A stretch of DNA of 64,000 bases from Nymphaea colorata (taxonomy: Eukaryota): NCBI RefSeq assembly GCF_008831285.2, contig NC_045138.2:1302001-1366000 (forward strand), given 5' to 3'. A model generated the notes under the pieces. It was not told where the DNA came from, did no database searches, and saw only the letters and a list, made by a program, of their open reading frames with translations. The translations under genes were made by a program, and so were the position numbers. Below, piece by piece: positions 62,204 to 64,000 of the stretch (positions within the stretch are counted from its first letter, which is position 1; each line of letters begins with the position of its first letter).

Positions 62204-64000
62204 GAAAAATATTGTATTGGTGAAACTAGAACAGTAAGAGAAAAAGTGTACCTGTGAAGCTTTTGCGTGATTGATAGAGTTCTCCTGTCCATTGCAAGCA
62301 ACTTTCTCCATCGTAAAGGTTTTTTAGTACCTAGCAAAAGCAATTTTTAATTGGTATACATCATAGTTAAGAGATACAAATCATTCATGTCTAATGTTGA
62401 CACGAGGCACACACATAAATACTGCATGAACATGCGCGTGCACACACACACATAGGAGCAAGGGCAAATAATAACATCAAGATGGTAATCCTGACCTTAC
62501 CAATGCAACTGCCCATTGTTTGCCATCTCCACAATCAATGCAAGTAGCTGTGATGCCACAACATATTGGCATTTTATTACATATGCAGCAGATGTCAACT
62601 ACCAGTTAACTATAAATGAAGGTGCTGAAAGCAACATCTTGTTTCTTGCTCTTTTCAACAGAAAGTGTAGAGACAAATAAAGGAAATGCCACAAATTCCC
62701 AATGGCATCCTTCAATGAATCCCCAACATTATAGGCTCCTTTTGATGCAAAGGAAGTTTTTTGCACGGTAAAATTATCAATGTATGGAAGGAAGAATTTT
62801 TAGTTGAAAAAAGTTGGCCCTAGAGAGGTCCGACTTTTTTGCATGGGAAGTTTTTCCAAATTCACTTTTTTGAGTGGGAAGTTTTTCCAAATTCAATAAA
62901 AAAACGCAGCGTAAAATTTACTATGTTTGATGTGCATGAGAAAACCATACAAACATTAAAAAAGTTGGGTACTTAGAAGGAAAGCGGAGATCATGAACAT
63001 TTACGAAGTCGAACGTTAGGGGCTTTGGATTGCCCCTGATCTGAAACCCTCATCATTTCAGAACCATTAACTTGAGATTAGATATTCTCATTTGAAATTA
63101 AATCGACTTTTTGCCAATTTTAAAAGGTAAAATAAGGATTTCAAGTACCGATTTTAGGTCGGGTCAAATACCTTTAACTTGATGAACCAAAGACTATGAT
63201 AGATCTTCTACATCAGATCCACAACAGATGCAAGAATTTTAAATATGAAGTAATCAAACGGAGCATGAGTCACAACTTAGTACAAGGCCACAAGCCCACT
63301 TTGATGATTTTAATTTGAGTTAGCTGGTACAGAAATTGTTTAATTTTCATAAGAATGTAAAATAGCACATTGGATAAGCACGTAAATATGTGAAAGAATA
63401 TGTTAGGCAACTATTTGTTAACTTTCCAAAGGTGCGTGGGAACTTACTATTTGTTCAAATATAAGCCACCTTTTTTTGTATTTTTTTCTAATTTTCGTTT
63501 TCTTTCACTTTCCTCCTACACTATAAGCCACCTTTTTTTGTATTTTTTTCTAATTTTCGTTTTCTTTCAGTTTCCTCCTACACCCAATTGCGCTCATACA
63601 AATTTTCTAAATCACAAAGCACTAGAAACCTAAATTAATTTATTAGGTTCTTTGTGGACTTACATTAAGTCAAATTTCTTGTCTGATTAACCAAAATTTG
63701 TTATGATGATCGGCAATTGGTCTAGAGAAGACCTGGGCATCAGGTCGGGCCGGCCTGGCTTGGCCCGACACGGGAAACCTGTGCCTGTGCCTGGGTCTGA
63801 TACTCGATGCTCGAGCCCAGCCTGGCCATATTAAAATAAAAAATAACTTTTAAATATAAAATAAAAGTTTTTGAATTTAAATTATATTTTAAATAATAAA
63901 ATATAATAATAAAAAATTAAAACAAAATAATTGGGCCGAATCGAGCCTACTCGGGCCAGCTTTTTTGGGCCCGGGCCCGATCTAGCAGGATACCGGGCAC

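Noticed and set aside
62230..62630. Two exon-like blocks on the minus strand
   Set aside because: Splice-like sites exist but no recognisable protein, so it cannot be supported without transcript data.

Overview
AT-rich, transposon-dense flowering-plant nuclear DNA, with no confidently intact protein-coding gene. Recognisable content: (1) an RPS2/RPS5-type CC-NB-LRR pseudogene (16834-24151, -) split by a 4.57-kb Ty1/Copia element with paired 366-bp LTRs and a GGAAG TSD; (2) a Copia 3' remnant carrying a nested three-LTR tandem TRIM; (3) a plant-mobile-domain ORF beside a probable long Ogre/Tat-like LTR; (4) many hAT-, Tourist- and microsatellite-associated MITEs; (5) intron-containing fragments of three unrelated host genes: PP1 phosphatase, organellar HSP90 and an RLCK-VII/PBL kinase. 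The most striking structures are two long fold-backs of host-like sequence. One is a near-perfect 2.6-kb palindrome of the PBL-kinase fragment (50759-53330); the other is a nested palindrome of a TATA/5'-UTR-like segment (167-2366). Both have centres or junctions patched from short re-copied pieces of their own arms, and both carry the same MITE family on one side. A multi-kb non-coding module occurs three times (+, -, +) and hosts the kinase palindrome. All alignments and identities were made by eye and are approximate.
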